A stretch of 63,080 bases of DNA, counting the filler, from Choristocarpus tenellus KU-1152 (Eukaryota; Protista; Phaeophyceae): assembly GCA_964200185.2 (NCBI GenBank). It is 10 parts of 10 records of this genome, joined end to end, with 100 filler letters (N's around TTAATTAATTAA, not from the genome) between each part and the next. Parts side by side here need not be neighbours in the genome. Positions count along the whole stretch, not along the records: positions 49,392 to 60,456 come from CAXNAD020002528.1; positions 60,557 to 63,080 come from CAXNAD020027080.1; 8 more parts are not named here. One strand, written 5' to 3'. The first letter of the stretch is position 1. Each line of letters starts with the position of its first letter. Shown here piece after piece: positions 52,401 through 63,080 of the stretch. A program made the position numbers and the translations under genes. The notes under the pieces are model-generated. The model had not been told where the DNA came from. It did no database searches and worked only from the letters and a program-made list of their open reading frames with translations.

Positions 52401-55400
52401 TGAAAGAAAATTTTCTGTGTGAATGTTTGTAATCTTCAAGGAATTATTTCTTCTTTCCCTCAAGTGGGAGTAGAGAAAAATTCCCTTCAACTTGAAGTAC
52501 GAGGGGTCCAGTTGGAACCAACGTATCTGGGGTTTGTGGGCTTTAGGTTTTACACCCTTAAATACTGCCTAAGCCTGGAGGGGGGAAGGGGGATAGTCTT
52601 CGGCATGGACCTGTATAAATCTTTATTATCGATCAATTTCGACAATTATACTAATGATTGGCAATCTTATCCACCTTCGTTTGTGGCCTGTAGCCTAATA
52701 TCATGATACACATATTGACAGGGTAAGCAAGGTCGCAGGGAAAAGATATACTGTTGGCAAAATGTGATGTCAGCCTATTGCACTCTTAGTATTAATTTGG
52801 GAAATGCATTTATCCGTTTGGTTCCTACCCCTCAAACTTGTCCCTCCTGTAAGGTATTCTATTGCTGTAGTGGGGGTTTCATGTTGGTGAAGATGAGAAG
52901 ATTGATGCTTTCCTATGAACAGCGCTGCACTTATTTGTGAGGTACATTTTGTGGCGCGATAAGAGAATACTGTTTTGAGATGCTTGGTTAGACAGATTCC
53001 TATCCCTGTATCTTACCATCTTAAATCGATGTTACTGTAGCCTGCGTAGTATGTCGTACTTGAAATGGCTTTCGAAGAGATGGAGGTGACGGTGCTGTAC
53101 AAAGCAGGAAAGTATTTTTGTCGTTCCGACGTAATCTGTAACCAACCTGAAGAGGACTATGGAAGCGTTGTGTGTGCCTTTTATTTTGTTCATGTGGTAG
53201 TAAGCGTTGGCGTACTCCTTGAAGAAATACCGAAGAAGAAGAAATACTGAAGAAGAAGGAACATCGAAGAAGAAGAAGAAATACCGAAGAAAAAGAAATT
53301 CCAAAAAAGAAGAATTGTGGAAGAGGCTGCGTGAGGCGGTTCTCATTATGTATGACCAAAGTAATCTAGGTTTTTAGTAACAGTGTGGACATTTGGACAC
53401 AGTCCAAGATCGTACTACTACAATCGTCGGGATTCTAGGTCGGAACATCTACTTGGAATGCAGATACGATGACCACTTCTTCACCACAAAGTGGGTTACC
53501 AAAGGAAAGCGCACACTGACTTCTGCACTTACTTTCTCAAGCAAACGTCTTTTTGACACATAATCCCAAATGACATGATGTATACTGTTTGTTTGTCTTG
53601 GTCTTTGACGCCAATGAGAACAAAGGTTGCGATTTGTACGTTTGCATGTAAAGTACAATAACACGACCATGGCATGTTTACACTCACGAAAAATTTCTTC
53701 CTACAAACCGATTGAAAGTTGGGGTGTTAAGATGGGGGGAAAGTTTCAACGATTACAGATTTTACGAATCACGATTATAGGTAGCTTTTATAATTATACC
53801 CCCTGACATTTTGCAGATGTCAGGGTAAAAGCCAATAAACAGAAGGCTCTTTGTCATCGTTAAAGTACCACAACACAAAAATATAGTTAGTAGAAGTGGC
53901 CAAGGTAATTCTGTTTGGAATTGTGGCTACCAAAATGAAGCATTGGCCAATGAGGAACCTCATTTGATCTAAAACCGGTCCAATTTTACTTGTTCATTGT
54001 CGCATGTTCAATAATCGTTGAGGATTTCCATTTTCAAAACTCACCTTACTGGCCTTTTTTTTTCAAGGTGTCCTTACACCTCAGTGGTTGAGGTGGTGGC
54101 TAACTGCACGAATTTCGCGGGTTCTAACTCCTTTAACGGCACACTACTATTCACTGGAATATCTGATTTCATTTTTCCGATTCCAAGTGGCAAGGACAAC
54201 GGGTTGTGAACCTGTACTGTCCTGCCTGTCGCTGTACAAAAAAAATGCCAGACCATGATCGAGATGGGAGTGCTGAACTAAACTCTTTAGAAGCAAAGGC
54301 AGGAACGTAAGCAGTAGTACAATTAGTTGTAGTGCAGCAGTTAGTACCTCGTTTGAGTAGTAGTGTAGTTTGTTGTTCGTCTACTATCACATGTTGGGAT
54401 AGCTTGATAATGTGAAGCGAATAGAGTTAGTTATGGTATGACTAGCGAGAATAAGAGTAGTGAATAGGGTTAGTTATGGTATGACTAGCGAGAATAAGAG
54501 TAGTGAATAGGGTTAGTTATGGTATGACTAGCGAGAATAAGAGTAGTGAATAGGGTTATGGTATGACTAGCGAGAATAAGAGTAGTATGTACTACCCCTC
54601 TGACCACGGGTGGGGATTGTCCGAAGATTTACGTGGAGCAACTAGCACAATTAATACTAGTAACATTTGATGTTATTATCGTAGTGTGCATTGTTAGAAT
54701 TTTCGTGTGGCGAAGAGACACCACAACACAAAAATTAGCCTAACATACAATCGCGGGGATTCGAACCCCGGACATCTGCTTGGAAGGCAGATATGATTAC
54801 CACTTCACCACGATTGTAATGTGGGGGAATAGGGTACAGCTTAATTTATGTTCTTGCTATTACCTCAAAACTTCAGATGACGTCATCTCATAATTGCATT
54901 AGTAAGACCAATATTTTAAATAGTACAGGTAATATATATATATATATATGCAATGGGGACCTACTAGGAAACTGGTGGACTTCTAGCGCGACACTTGCCA
55001 AATATAGTTGCAATACGCTAACCTAAAGAAGGTATGTTGAAGTGGGTCTCTATCATTAGGTTCTGGTATCTGGGAAGCACAAATAGCTGCAAACGCCATC
55101 ACTACAAGGGATATCTTGAATTTCATAGGAATGACCTTTACAACGTCCTGAACAAAAGCTGCGCACTTCCTATTTTGAAGGGTGATATTCTCGAGTGAAG
55201 TGTGAACCTTGATGGGTTGTATTTTATTGATGAATGAAAGGATGGAAATGTTGGGCTCATGCTGAAAAAAAGTTTTCTTTCAAATGTTGTCATTTGAAGG
55301 TAGCTGTGTGCGTGAGGAAAGCGCCCTGCAGTGAAGACCACGATGATGTAATGGACCACTTTGCACAAGTATCTCACGTCGAGATCCCATCCCTCGTACT

Positions 55401-58400
55401 GACTTGCAGATTTGGCAGGATAAAGTATAGATCAAGGTCGCTACTTGACGCGTTTTTTTTTCATGTAGCTCAATACAAGCAAGAATTCCGTCCTGGACAT
55501 TTGCCTCCTTTTAACTTCCCTATCTTGATCCCCTCCTCAATTGGAGTCCATTTGTTGATCATACAGATGCAATTCAACTTGGTTCATTGTGCTAAAGATC
55601 CGATGAGATCCTCTTGTGATCTCTTCATAGTGGACCTCTTCCTGTTGTAGGAATCTCAACATTGTCTATTTGCAGTCATTTTGCACGTATCTGATATATA
55701 ATTCAGTTCTTATTTCTCAGCATCTATCAGTATACCTATAGTATCAAGCTTGAACATTGGGGTACAATAATTTTGTCTATGGCATTTTTTTAGGTCCACT
55801 GACATTTTCCAGATGTTGCCACGGGGGAGAAAGAACCAATATACTTCGAAGTACAAGGGAGCACAACAAACAGAAAACAGTGGTCGTATTGTTCACAACA
55901 AAGGTCTCCTATTTGCGGTATCTATCGGGATATGTGATAGGTACAAAGCAGTGCGGCCTACATTGCAAAAACGTTCCCACTACCTGTGTCCTCAAGCTCC
56001 AAAAGAAATGTATAAATTGAGTGCATTGCACACTGAGTATAGGGTAAGGTCTCTTTGAACGAAATCCTTAATCCTCCCTAGTTTCCTGTTGTTGAGACTT
56101 CATGGATACACGCCTATTAGTGTGTTCCGATACCTGCAGCCCCACCATTTAATCATTTTTTAGTGTAGGGATCTGCTCATCTCTTGGCCCTTGAACCTCT
56201 TTCTGTGTCCTCACATTTTTCTGGCTCACCAGGTTGGCATTGTTGGGAGGACAGGGTCAGGAAAAACTTCTGCACTGCGGGTGGTATTTCGTCTGTACCC
56301 TTTCGAGGGGAGTGTGCATGTGGATGGTGTGGATTTGTCATCCCTACCGCTGACTGTTCTGCGTTCTCGTGTGTCAATCATCGCCCAGGTGCAATAGGCA
56401 CTGTGTGCGGAGATGCCGTCTTTGAGATTGGCATTGTCAATCCTTACTGATATTCAGACTGCTTATTGTAACTGTGAAACGATGGTAGGGCTTTCTACCC
56501 GATTGTGCGTTTCAGACATAGGGGGAACGTTTGTTGTGGTGTGGGCAAGAGTTCCTGGGTGGAAGAAAGCATTGGATTCATGATGGGCAATAATAGGGCT
56601 ACCTTCCTTACCCTTTCCACCAGGCTCGAAACTGCATCAGCTCTATCCTATGCTGTATTCGTTTGTTGCTCATATGGATGTGACCCTCATCACACTCGAT
56701 TATGGATGTGGTTCAATTTTCATTCCCAGGAGCCATTTCTATTCCGGGGCACAGTGAGGGAAAATCTTGATCCATCAGGGGCACACAACGACACTGAGCT
56801 GTGGGACGCCATTCGCCTCTGTGGCCTAGACAAATTAGGTCGGGCGAGAATACGCTCGACAATGGGGACTTGTGGTCCTGATATGCCACCTGAGGATACT
56901 GGAGGGTCAATGTTGACTCTCGATACCCTCCTTGATGGGAAGGGACTCAACCTCTCTGTAGGTGTGTGGATGCTGATGTATTTACTGTTCAATCGTGGCC
57001 TATTTTATGAAGTTGTTGTGGCAATCGTTTAATTTCATTTGTGAGTATCGAACACCTTCACACTGGAGTTGGGTTATCTCATGCTGAGCACACTATTGTC
57101 ACACATTTCACACTTGTACACACCCTAACCCTAACCCTAATTATTGCTCCATATTACTTGCCTAGTAGATTGTATTCATCACCATATTTCATGGCGCGTA
57201 TGCAATGTCACCCATGCAGGTCAGCAGCAGCTGCTCTGTATTGCAAGGGCTCTGCTTAGACAGTCCAAGCTGGTATGCATTGATGAAGCCACCTCATCGG
57301 TGCGTGAGAAGAGGATAAGTTACACTTCTTTCTCACCTGCTATTCCCTGTGCCCTGCCTTGGGAAAATGTTGACCTAGTGAGAGAACATACTCCTGTTGG
57401 GGCACCATCTCTATTTAAGTGTAGGCTTAGGCTCCTGTTAAATACGGCATATTTATGTTTGTGGAGATAAGGTGTTGTATTGGAATTTAGATTGGTTCTT
57501 GCTGTGTGTTTGCAGGTTGAAAACACATACATTCTTTGCTTCTAGTGTCATAGAAGTATCATGCAAGTGTCGTGTACATCAAAATGATCACAATACCTTT
57601 TTTTGTAACCCCTTCTATATCCATCCTACCGATTCAATCTCCGAACCACACTCAAGGCTCAATAGACGGGTCGAAGAACTAATCAAGGCGCTTCTGAATA
57701 TATATGCAGAAACGCTTCTGGTACACTTCTTGACGTCTTAAGGATTGTTTTTTATCACAGTAACCCTCCCGTAAGTAGAGCATTAGGCTTGCTCTTGTTG
57801 TTGTAATGTGTTTTCTTGCAAATTTTCTCACAAGAGTTACCTTTTTTCAAAGTTTGGGAAATTTCGTGCATTCATCCGCACCCCTTGTTTGACTGCAATA
57901 TCACAATATGTTTGGCTTGATGCAATGGCCATCTCCAGAAGAATGGTTGCTTATAAATTAGACATGGCAGAAAAAAATACCAGTATCAGAGATTGATGTT
58001 CTTCCCCACTTTTATGTTGCCATGTAGGTCGACCCAGCCACATCTGCTCTCGTCCAACAAGCCATGGGAAGAGCATTTAAGGAATCGACAGTTCTGACAG
58101 TGGCCCATAGGCTATCTACAGTGATGGAAACTTGTGAGCGTGTGATTGTCATGAGCCAAGGACAGCTTGTAGAGCACGGAGAGCCAAGGTTAGCAAGGCA
58201 ACCAACTAGGGTTTGTATCACATAACTATGTTGTATTCATGGTTTTACTTATGTTTTTTTATACAAGAACAATGAAATGTGTGCTACTAAGCGCTCTGAT
58301 ACCCTCCCTGTATATTTTATTATCATTTGTTGGTCTTACTAACATCACTGAAGCAGTGAGTGGTATGGCCCGGTGCATTTGGTGATTTCAACGAAGTTTT

Positions 58401-58609
58401 GCCCAATTTAGACCGTAGCTGCACCTAGGACTGCATCCGCATTTTTTATTCAATCTTGTATTAACAATTTGTAGCTCCTCACTTATCATGAACTCCCACC
58501 GATGTAACACCATCCTTGCACGTCTTCATTTTTCAGGATGTTGGCAGCAGACCTGAACAGTCACTTCAGTCACCTTGTTCAAGCTTCGTCAATGATTCCT
58601 TCTTGGTAG
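49457..58609 (+). CDS. ABCC/MRP-type ABC transporter (ABCC10/MRP7-like), 3' half: end of TMD2 + NBD2
   Basis: Exons: NQRATFASSMASAWLSLRLQ (49457-49555); GLVGLSLSYALPIV (50791-50920); ETEREMISVERMDEY (51399-51525); WPSKGHLEFRNVVLRYRP (to 52187); Walker A GRTGSGKT (56233-56388); EPFLFRGTVRENLDP..NLSVG; QQQLLCIARALL..CIDEATSS; VAHRLSTV; stop 58607-58609. Confidence 0.93.
50405..50664 (+). mobile_element. MITE, Sola-like, TSD ATGG, in an ABCC intron
   Basis: gagacaaagtatcgtagagggta...taccctcttaaggtactttcactc; atgg on both sides. Confidence 0.92.
53419..53493 (-). pseudogene. Decayed tRNA-Gly(TCC) copy
   Basis: Colinear with 54746-54817 (tacaatcg..gggatt..acatct.cttggaa.gcagata.gat.accactt..tcaccac), with T-arm and acceptor-stem mismatches. 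Confidence 0.75.
54418..54587. repeat. Tandem repeat, 43-bp unit x4 (last period 39 bp)
   Basis: Unit gtgaatagggttagttatggtatgactagcgagaataagagta; atgactagcg recurs at 54438, 54481, 54524 and 54563. Confidence 0.95.
54746..54817 (-). tRNA. tRNA-Gly(TCC), intronless, antisense within an ABCC intron
   Basis: acaatcg/cgattgt acceptor stem + discriminator A; D-loop aagtggtaa; tctgc-cTTCCaa-gcaga anticodon arm (TCC); cgggg-ttcgaat-ccccg T arm; downstream T5 run at 54730-54734. Confidence 0.93.
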
Positions 58610-60082
58610 AGTTCAGCGATCCTGTAGTAGGGCTACAAGTCGTGTAGTTGTGACGGGGGGACAGTGCTACGACATCTGCATGCCTCGCATTTGTGTGTGG
58701 AAGAGATGCATTCAGAGCAATAGGCAGAGAGCTGCATGAAGTGGAAACCAAAGTGCAGGGTCTGGTAGCTACATAGTACAAAACACATCGCTTTTGCTCA
58801 GTCAACGTCTCCATTGGTATAGGAAATGATAGCACAGTTTTATTCCTACACCTCTTCTTATCCTGTGTTATTCCTCCATAAGCATTTTTCAAAGGACTAT
58901 ATTGTAATCCTTTGAATTATTGAGGGAAAGGATTGAACATTCTGCAACCTGTGGATTAATTTTACACAATTGGAATCTATACAGCACCAGGCATTGATTT
59001 GCAACTTTGACAAAAGCAAGGGGAGTGAACTGTATGAAAAATGGAGATGTGAAGCACAAAAAAATAGTATTTCAAGTACAACGTAATGTTTTGTTCGTCA
59101 GCGCTTGATGTGACATGGCACAGAGTAAATTTCAAGAATCAAATAGCGTAACGAACTCTGTCGCATTTGTTGATGTACATTATCATAGGATTTGGATAGC
59201 ACTTACGTCACTGTATCACCAGAGGTCGCGGGCATATTAAGTTACAGAAGGAAGTGTTGAGTGCACCAAATATTTTAATAATCTGTCCCGTATAGAGGTT
59301 ACACTTTAGCTACTTCTGTGTATCTCCTGAAGGATACAATAAACAAAAATATATAGCTCTTTGAAGTAGCTGATTTCATGCAGCATATGATGGTTTGACT
59401 ACTTGGTACCTCTTCCAGACTCATCTTCATCCTTGCAAAAATATCCACACCATTATAATTGTGAAGATATATCCACAGGGTAGGATCTGTACCCTAAATG
59501 AGAGAGCAAAGTGTCGGCTTGCAACATCTACCCCATTACAACGTATATAAACCTCTTTACCAACAAATAGCTCATTGTTCCATCCAGGGGGTACTCGCAT
59601 CCTCACATGGACCACAGCCAAAGTCAGCACTCCACCCCAGACCTCCCCATCCCACCTTACCAGAAGGTGTGGCAACCATTCCGTATCCCATGGTGGAATT
59701 TGTAGGGGGGAAATGGAGCCACCAGACTACTAAAATGGACAAAAACTAGATACACTCGACAAAGCACCAACTACTGTAATACTATACTACCTCTAGTATT
59801 TGGAAGCATGAAGCACGGTACTTGGAGAACTTGATCAAAAAGAAATGATATTCAACAGGTTCCCTTCTACCTCAGCATCTCAATAAAACTAACCGGTCAA
59901 TACAAAGCACAAAAACTTTAAAAACTACTAGAGTAGATCTGCCACATATCTGCAGCAAACTGCCACTCAGTCCATCCACCTTTCCCTCTAAAAGGTTAAC
60001 CTTCGCTTTTATCCCCAAGCACTATTGTGCTACCCTCCCCTCCCAAATTTCCTACCTCAACTGCCCCTAATGCTCAGTTTGC

Positions 60083-60307
60083 TCAGTGCTTTCGCCCCAC
60101 AAACAGCAACCCTTTCAGACTAATATCCACCGATCCATCTGGAAGGATCAATGACTCTCTCCCTGCCACAGGGTCTACCCCGAGTGACTCGACAAACAAA
60201 GTATACGCCTCTTCCCACAAGTCTACAGCGACCCCCGTTTCTTCTGTCCCTATTTCCTTCTTTGCCTGCTCAGCCTTCCTTCGAGCTTCAAGGGCATCCA
60301 GTGTCAC
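60083..60307 (-). CDS. Last exon of an unidentified gene, convergent with ABCC
   Basis: Acceptor gttcag|gtg, then 74 protein-like codons (VTLDALEARRKAEQAKKEIG...GRKH*). Upstream exons lie beyond the contig end. Confidence 0.6.
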   Translation of the reverse strand: MTLDALEARRKAEQAKKEIGTEETGVAVDLWEEAYTLFVESLGVDPVAGRESLILPDGSVDISLKGLLFVGRKH

Positions 60308-61399
60308 CTGAACACATGAGGCACATATTTTTTGGATGTATAGTAGTGTTTTGTGGATCATTTGGGTAAAAAGAGGATACAATGCAAACAAACAAGGGTC
60401 AAAGTATCTGGGGGGGGGGGGTGCCGGCGTCCGTTTTTGACCCTGGCTCAAAGTACNNNNNNNNNNNNNNNNNNNNNNNNNNNNNNNNNNNNNNNNNNNN
60501 TTAATTAATTAANNNNNNNNNNNNNNNNNNNNNNNNNNNNNNNNNNNNNNNNNNNNTCAAGCGTCAACTTAGGAGTGATGAGCAACATCAAAGATGGGGC
60601 TTCATCATCAGTCAAGACGTGACATTCGAACAGAAAGTCTGTCCGTGGAATTATGAATTATTGACTGAGAACCTTAATCGGTACCACGGTGTAACGGTAC
60701 GTGTCATACGGCAATAACGGTATAATAAACAGATAAACATGCTTTCCACATATTTGGTGGTTTGTATCATCTCTACGAATAATGGGTTATTGTATTGAAT
60801 CATTTTTCATCAACGTTTTAAACAGGTTTCAGTATTTTTTTCTTTGTGTTTGATTGGTATGTCAGGAACAGGTCGGGTTGTGGGATCTCCCAACACTGAT
60901 GAGGATAATACGCGAAGTCATTAACATTTGTGCGCCACCTTTTGCCATTGAGGCCAGCCCAAGAGATGTGGTGTGGATCAGATGTACAAACGGCTCGCAG
61001 TACCCCCGACATTAATAGGGTGGATTCAATCTATCAAAGCCTGAGATTTTGTTTTCTGTTCTGACTGGTCGCAACCAATCAAAGTGGAGATTGATCCGTA
61101 TGCCACTCTGAGGGTGTCAACATACGCCCAACATACCTCAGTCTCATTTCTTACTTCCTTTCTGAACCTCATCTCTGATGGTTCTCATCACCTCTATCAC
61201 ACAGGACCAGACCCCATAGCAGGGGTTTTCACACCAATCTGTGTTGGGAGGTCACCAGAGATGCAGGACCACGCCATAATGGTGGACAAGAAGGAACCAA
61301 TTCAAAACTTTTGTTGACCCTGGTCGGAAAGATAAGGAGACTTCAAGAAATATAGCATCGTCAGGGAAGCAAACGTTGAGAGGAAGGATAATCCAATAT

Positions 61400-62116
61400 C
61401 CCGAAACGTGCAGATCCTGAGCCCCATTAAAAGGGCTATTACACCCTTGGCAGTTCGCTTGAACACGAGGATGATGTCACAATGGATGTCACATCGGTAT
61501 ACTGCTCATCCATCTGCAAATGGTCAGCCAGAGCTGGGACCTCCCTTGCCTCGTTGTGGGATCCGTGTGTGAGAAAGTGAAGGTCAAGAGATGGATTAAG
61601 CCAATCCTCTCTCAGGTCAGCAGACTTCAACAGGGTGGGTTGTGCCAGCCACGGTGGATAGGGAGAGGTATAACAAGCTACGATCGAGGATATCATCCTG
61701 GCAATCAAGGCCCACATACCTAGATCGGAAGGACACACCATCCTCGTGCAGCAGGACAGGGCAAAGGCAGCGGGGGACGATATTGTCATAGAAGCCTGGC
61801 CAGCCAACTCACCTGACCTCAACATCAACGACCTGGGTTTCTTTCATTCCATCCAGGACTGAAAGAAGGCATGGGGGTGAACGGAATAAAGAAGCTGGTG
61901 GAGGCCTCAATGGAAGCGTTCAATGTGTACCCCTGGGAGACACTAGAGCGCACCTGGCAGAGCCTCTTCACAGTCTACGGTGAAGTGTTGTGATCCATCG
62001 GTGACAACGTCTTCAAAACTACCTATCTTAGCAAGGGATAGACCGAGAAGGTGAGCAAGCTCCCTCTGAATGGCCTAGTGAATGCAGCGAATTTTTTTGC
62101 TGGAACGGATTTGTAG
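61400..62116 (+). mobile_element. Tc1/mariner transposase remnant, plant-type (DD39D-like), internally deleted and frameshifted
   Basis: VKRWIKPILS, TVDRERY, ILAIKAHIP..ILVQQD.AK, WPANSPDLNINDLGFFHSIQ, LVEASMEAFNVYPWETLERTWQSL, GDNVFK. Confidence 0.85.
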
Positions 62117-63080
62117 AGGGCTTCGGGGGCGGAATCATAGATAGGTGTAGGCTGCCCTATTTTGCTTGAGACTTTGGTGGGCAACGTTTTAGCGTCCGTA
62201 AAATAAATACACCCATAAAATATTAAGACAAAAAAAAAAAAAATCTTCAGGGCTGCAAACGTTTTATCACATTTAATTCTGAATGGAAGAAGAATGTAAC
62301 ATTGCACTCTTCACAGTAGTTAGATAACAACTACATCCCGCTAAAAAAACACCCAACTACTTGCTTGGGCAAAGGGTGTGAAATTCTGCTTCAAGTTGAA
62401 CCTTCTGGGTGGTCTGTTTCCTACCCTCAGAATAATGACCAAATAGTAGTTAACCTTGGCATATCTTGAAAAATAGTGGGGGTGGAACAGTGTGTGTGTG
62501 ATAGATTTCAATATAACTGATTGAAATGTGCTTATTGCATATCGGCTATTTGTGAAATATTCAACAAGTGACAGGTGACATCGACACTTATTTCCTCTAA
62601 CAGCGGTTCCTAATTATGTTTTACATTCCGATCCAACTGCTTACCTCCCTCTCGAATGTCTATATGCTTTGTAGATGCCATTAATGTTCTTGTGAAGAAA
62701 TATGACAGGTTTCAGGTGCAGGAAGAGGTCCATGGAGTAAGTAGACCACCAATGAGCTGGAGTGCTGCATATCCCTTCCAAGTTCGATGAGCTTCGGATA
62801 GGGGCCAACAGCTGCCTGACCTGGTTTCCTGGCATTTTTTATCCCTTGTTGAATGTTACAGCGGCAACGCATTTCAAACAGTGATCTATGTAGTGGTGGA
62901 TCAAGATAGGTGGTGATCTTTCTCCAATAAGAAACCCATCTTAAGCATCATTGACCCACAGTCTGTCCTCAAGGCAGCTTTTATGTTTTCATCTGACCTT
63001 TTCAACTTTCTAGTCATCATTCTCCATACACGGAAAGGGAATATTAGGCAAATGGGTGCCTCAAAGTATTTGGAGGGGGG

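Noticed and set aside
62641-62872. Short minus-strand ORFs near the window end
   Set aside because: No recognisable domain, and exon borders cannot be supported.

Overview
Intron-rich eukaryotic draft DNA. The TTAGGG tracts, long introns and TE types suggest a stramenopile or brown-algal genome, but this is inference. The window is 10 contigs joined by nine artificial 100-nt linkers (N44-ttaattaattaa-N44), so adjacency across linkers is not evidence of synteny. Spliced host genes: TDP1 (minus, with two UIM-like motifs) head-to-head with a WD40 gene; an ankyrin-repeat gene; the 5' part of a CDC50/LEM3 gene; a complete ABHD17-type hydrolase with a GC-AG intron; the 3' half of an ABCC (MRP7/ABCC10-like) transporter; and the last exon of an unidentified gene. 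An intact tRNA-Gly(TCC) and a decayed copy lie inside a 4-kb ABCC intron. The rest is mostly TE debris: a ~255-bp MITE family with GAG...CTC ends and 4-bp TSDs (Sola-like), two Ty3/Gypsy pol remnants, Copia-like and LTR pieces, a DD39D-type mariner remnant, and weaker Harbinger-, Penelope-, KDZ- and Crypton-like remnants. I cannot demonstrate a complete new biological system. The best leads are the Sola-like MITE family and its longer relatives, the intronic tRNA/repeat island, the UIM-TDP1 fusion, a dispersed ~55-bp hairpin-plus-(AAT)n motif, and telomeric repeats at a splice acceptor.
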